64,000 bases of DNA, taken from Ruditapes philippinarum (taxonomy: Eukaryota). The position numbers and the translations under genes were made by a program. Positions 63,231 to 64,000 of this stretch are shown here, piece after piece. Positions within the stretch are counted from its first letter, which is position 1; every line of letters starts with the position of its first letter. The DNA is taken from the NCBI RefSeq assembly GCF_026571515.1, contig NW_026866079.1, forward strand, positions 1-64,000, given 5' to 3'. The notes below the pieces were generated by a model. It saw nothing but the letters and a program-made list of their open reading frames with translations. It was not told the DNA's origin and searched no databases.

Positions 63231-64000
63231 TATTAAGAGTGTAGTCGTGCATGTTAGAAAAAGAAAGTCAAGGCATTACTGAGAATATAAAACCGTGTTT
63301 CAAAAAGCATATTGAAATCAACGGTAGGTGTAAAGCTTTCAACATGTTGAAATACTAGTAAGTAATATGCAAAAAAAAACTGTGATGATCTGTCGAGGAG
63401 GATGGATTGATATGTGACGTTATACAACGGTCACGTCAAAACCAACAACAATGTTGTTAAACTTAATAGAAGAAACGTTTATAGTACTTCTGTTATATCT
63501 TAGCTTTATATCTTTTCAAAGAAAAATGAATGGTAAATGAAGATAAGATTTGTTGATTGATAATTCCTGTCAAGAAATATTTTTTTTCCTAATTCGTATT
63601 ACCAGCTACTTCATGCTAGTACATTGTATTTCCATGTAAAGTGAAAACATGATGAAGGTGCAGTATTGGTTACTTATGTAGAACTAAAAGATGTGTCATG
63701 CTCTTGTGACACAATAACTTCATATTCTGTAAGATATAATTTGGAACATAGGACAAAAACAATAAAAATCATCAAAAGTGACTCGCAAGTTATGGTTCAG
63801 AGAAAACACAAGTAGGGTACAGATCATTAAAATTGTTTTAGCAAGACGGGTACCGTTATCAGAAAGTTCGCCTCTATTTTTACTATGTTATTATTAACGG
63901 TCACACGAGGTAAGACAATAAAGTTAAGGTTCAGAAGATTCAGATATTAGTTATAGTGAAATAAAACAATTTAAGGCATAAATATGCGTGTGTAATCGGC

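Overview
AT-rich, intron-containing animal genomic DNA; the repeat families and gene types suggest a bivalve mollusc (inference). The minus strand carries eight phase-1 Sushi/CCP-domain exons (227-6313, 45061-49492). Upstream of them are a transmembrane exon broken by a SINE (59282-59652) and an intact cytoplasmic-tail terminal exon (58068-58837). The 38.7-kb gap between Sushi exons (6314-45060) holds an antisense, segmentally duplicated cluster of RING-less TRIM-like genes (two B-boxes, coiled coil, NHL-type beta-propeller): one intact copy (16833-18584) and four broken copies, whose differences cluster in propeller loops. Much of the rest is nested non-autonomous transposons, tRNA-derived SINEs and a decayed Tc1/mariner element. 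The most unusual signal is a 283-nt, highly structured element inserted as head-to-tail multimers with a fixed 3' end (24013-24769, 56126-56583). It is retrozyme-like but has no hammerhead core. It shares an ~84-nt module with compensatory base changes with a second, otherwise unrelated structured element (43785-43868), making it a candidate new ribozyme or mobilisation RNA motif. All alignments and folds were done by eye; no searches were run.
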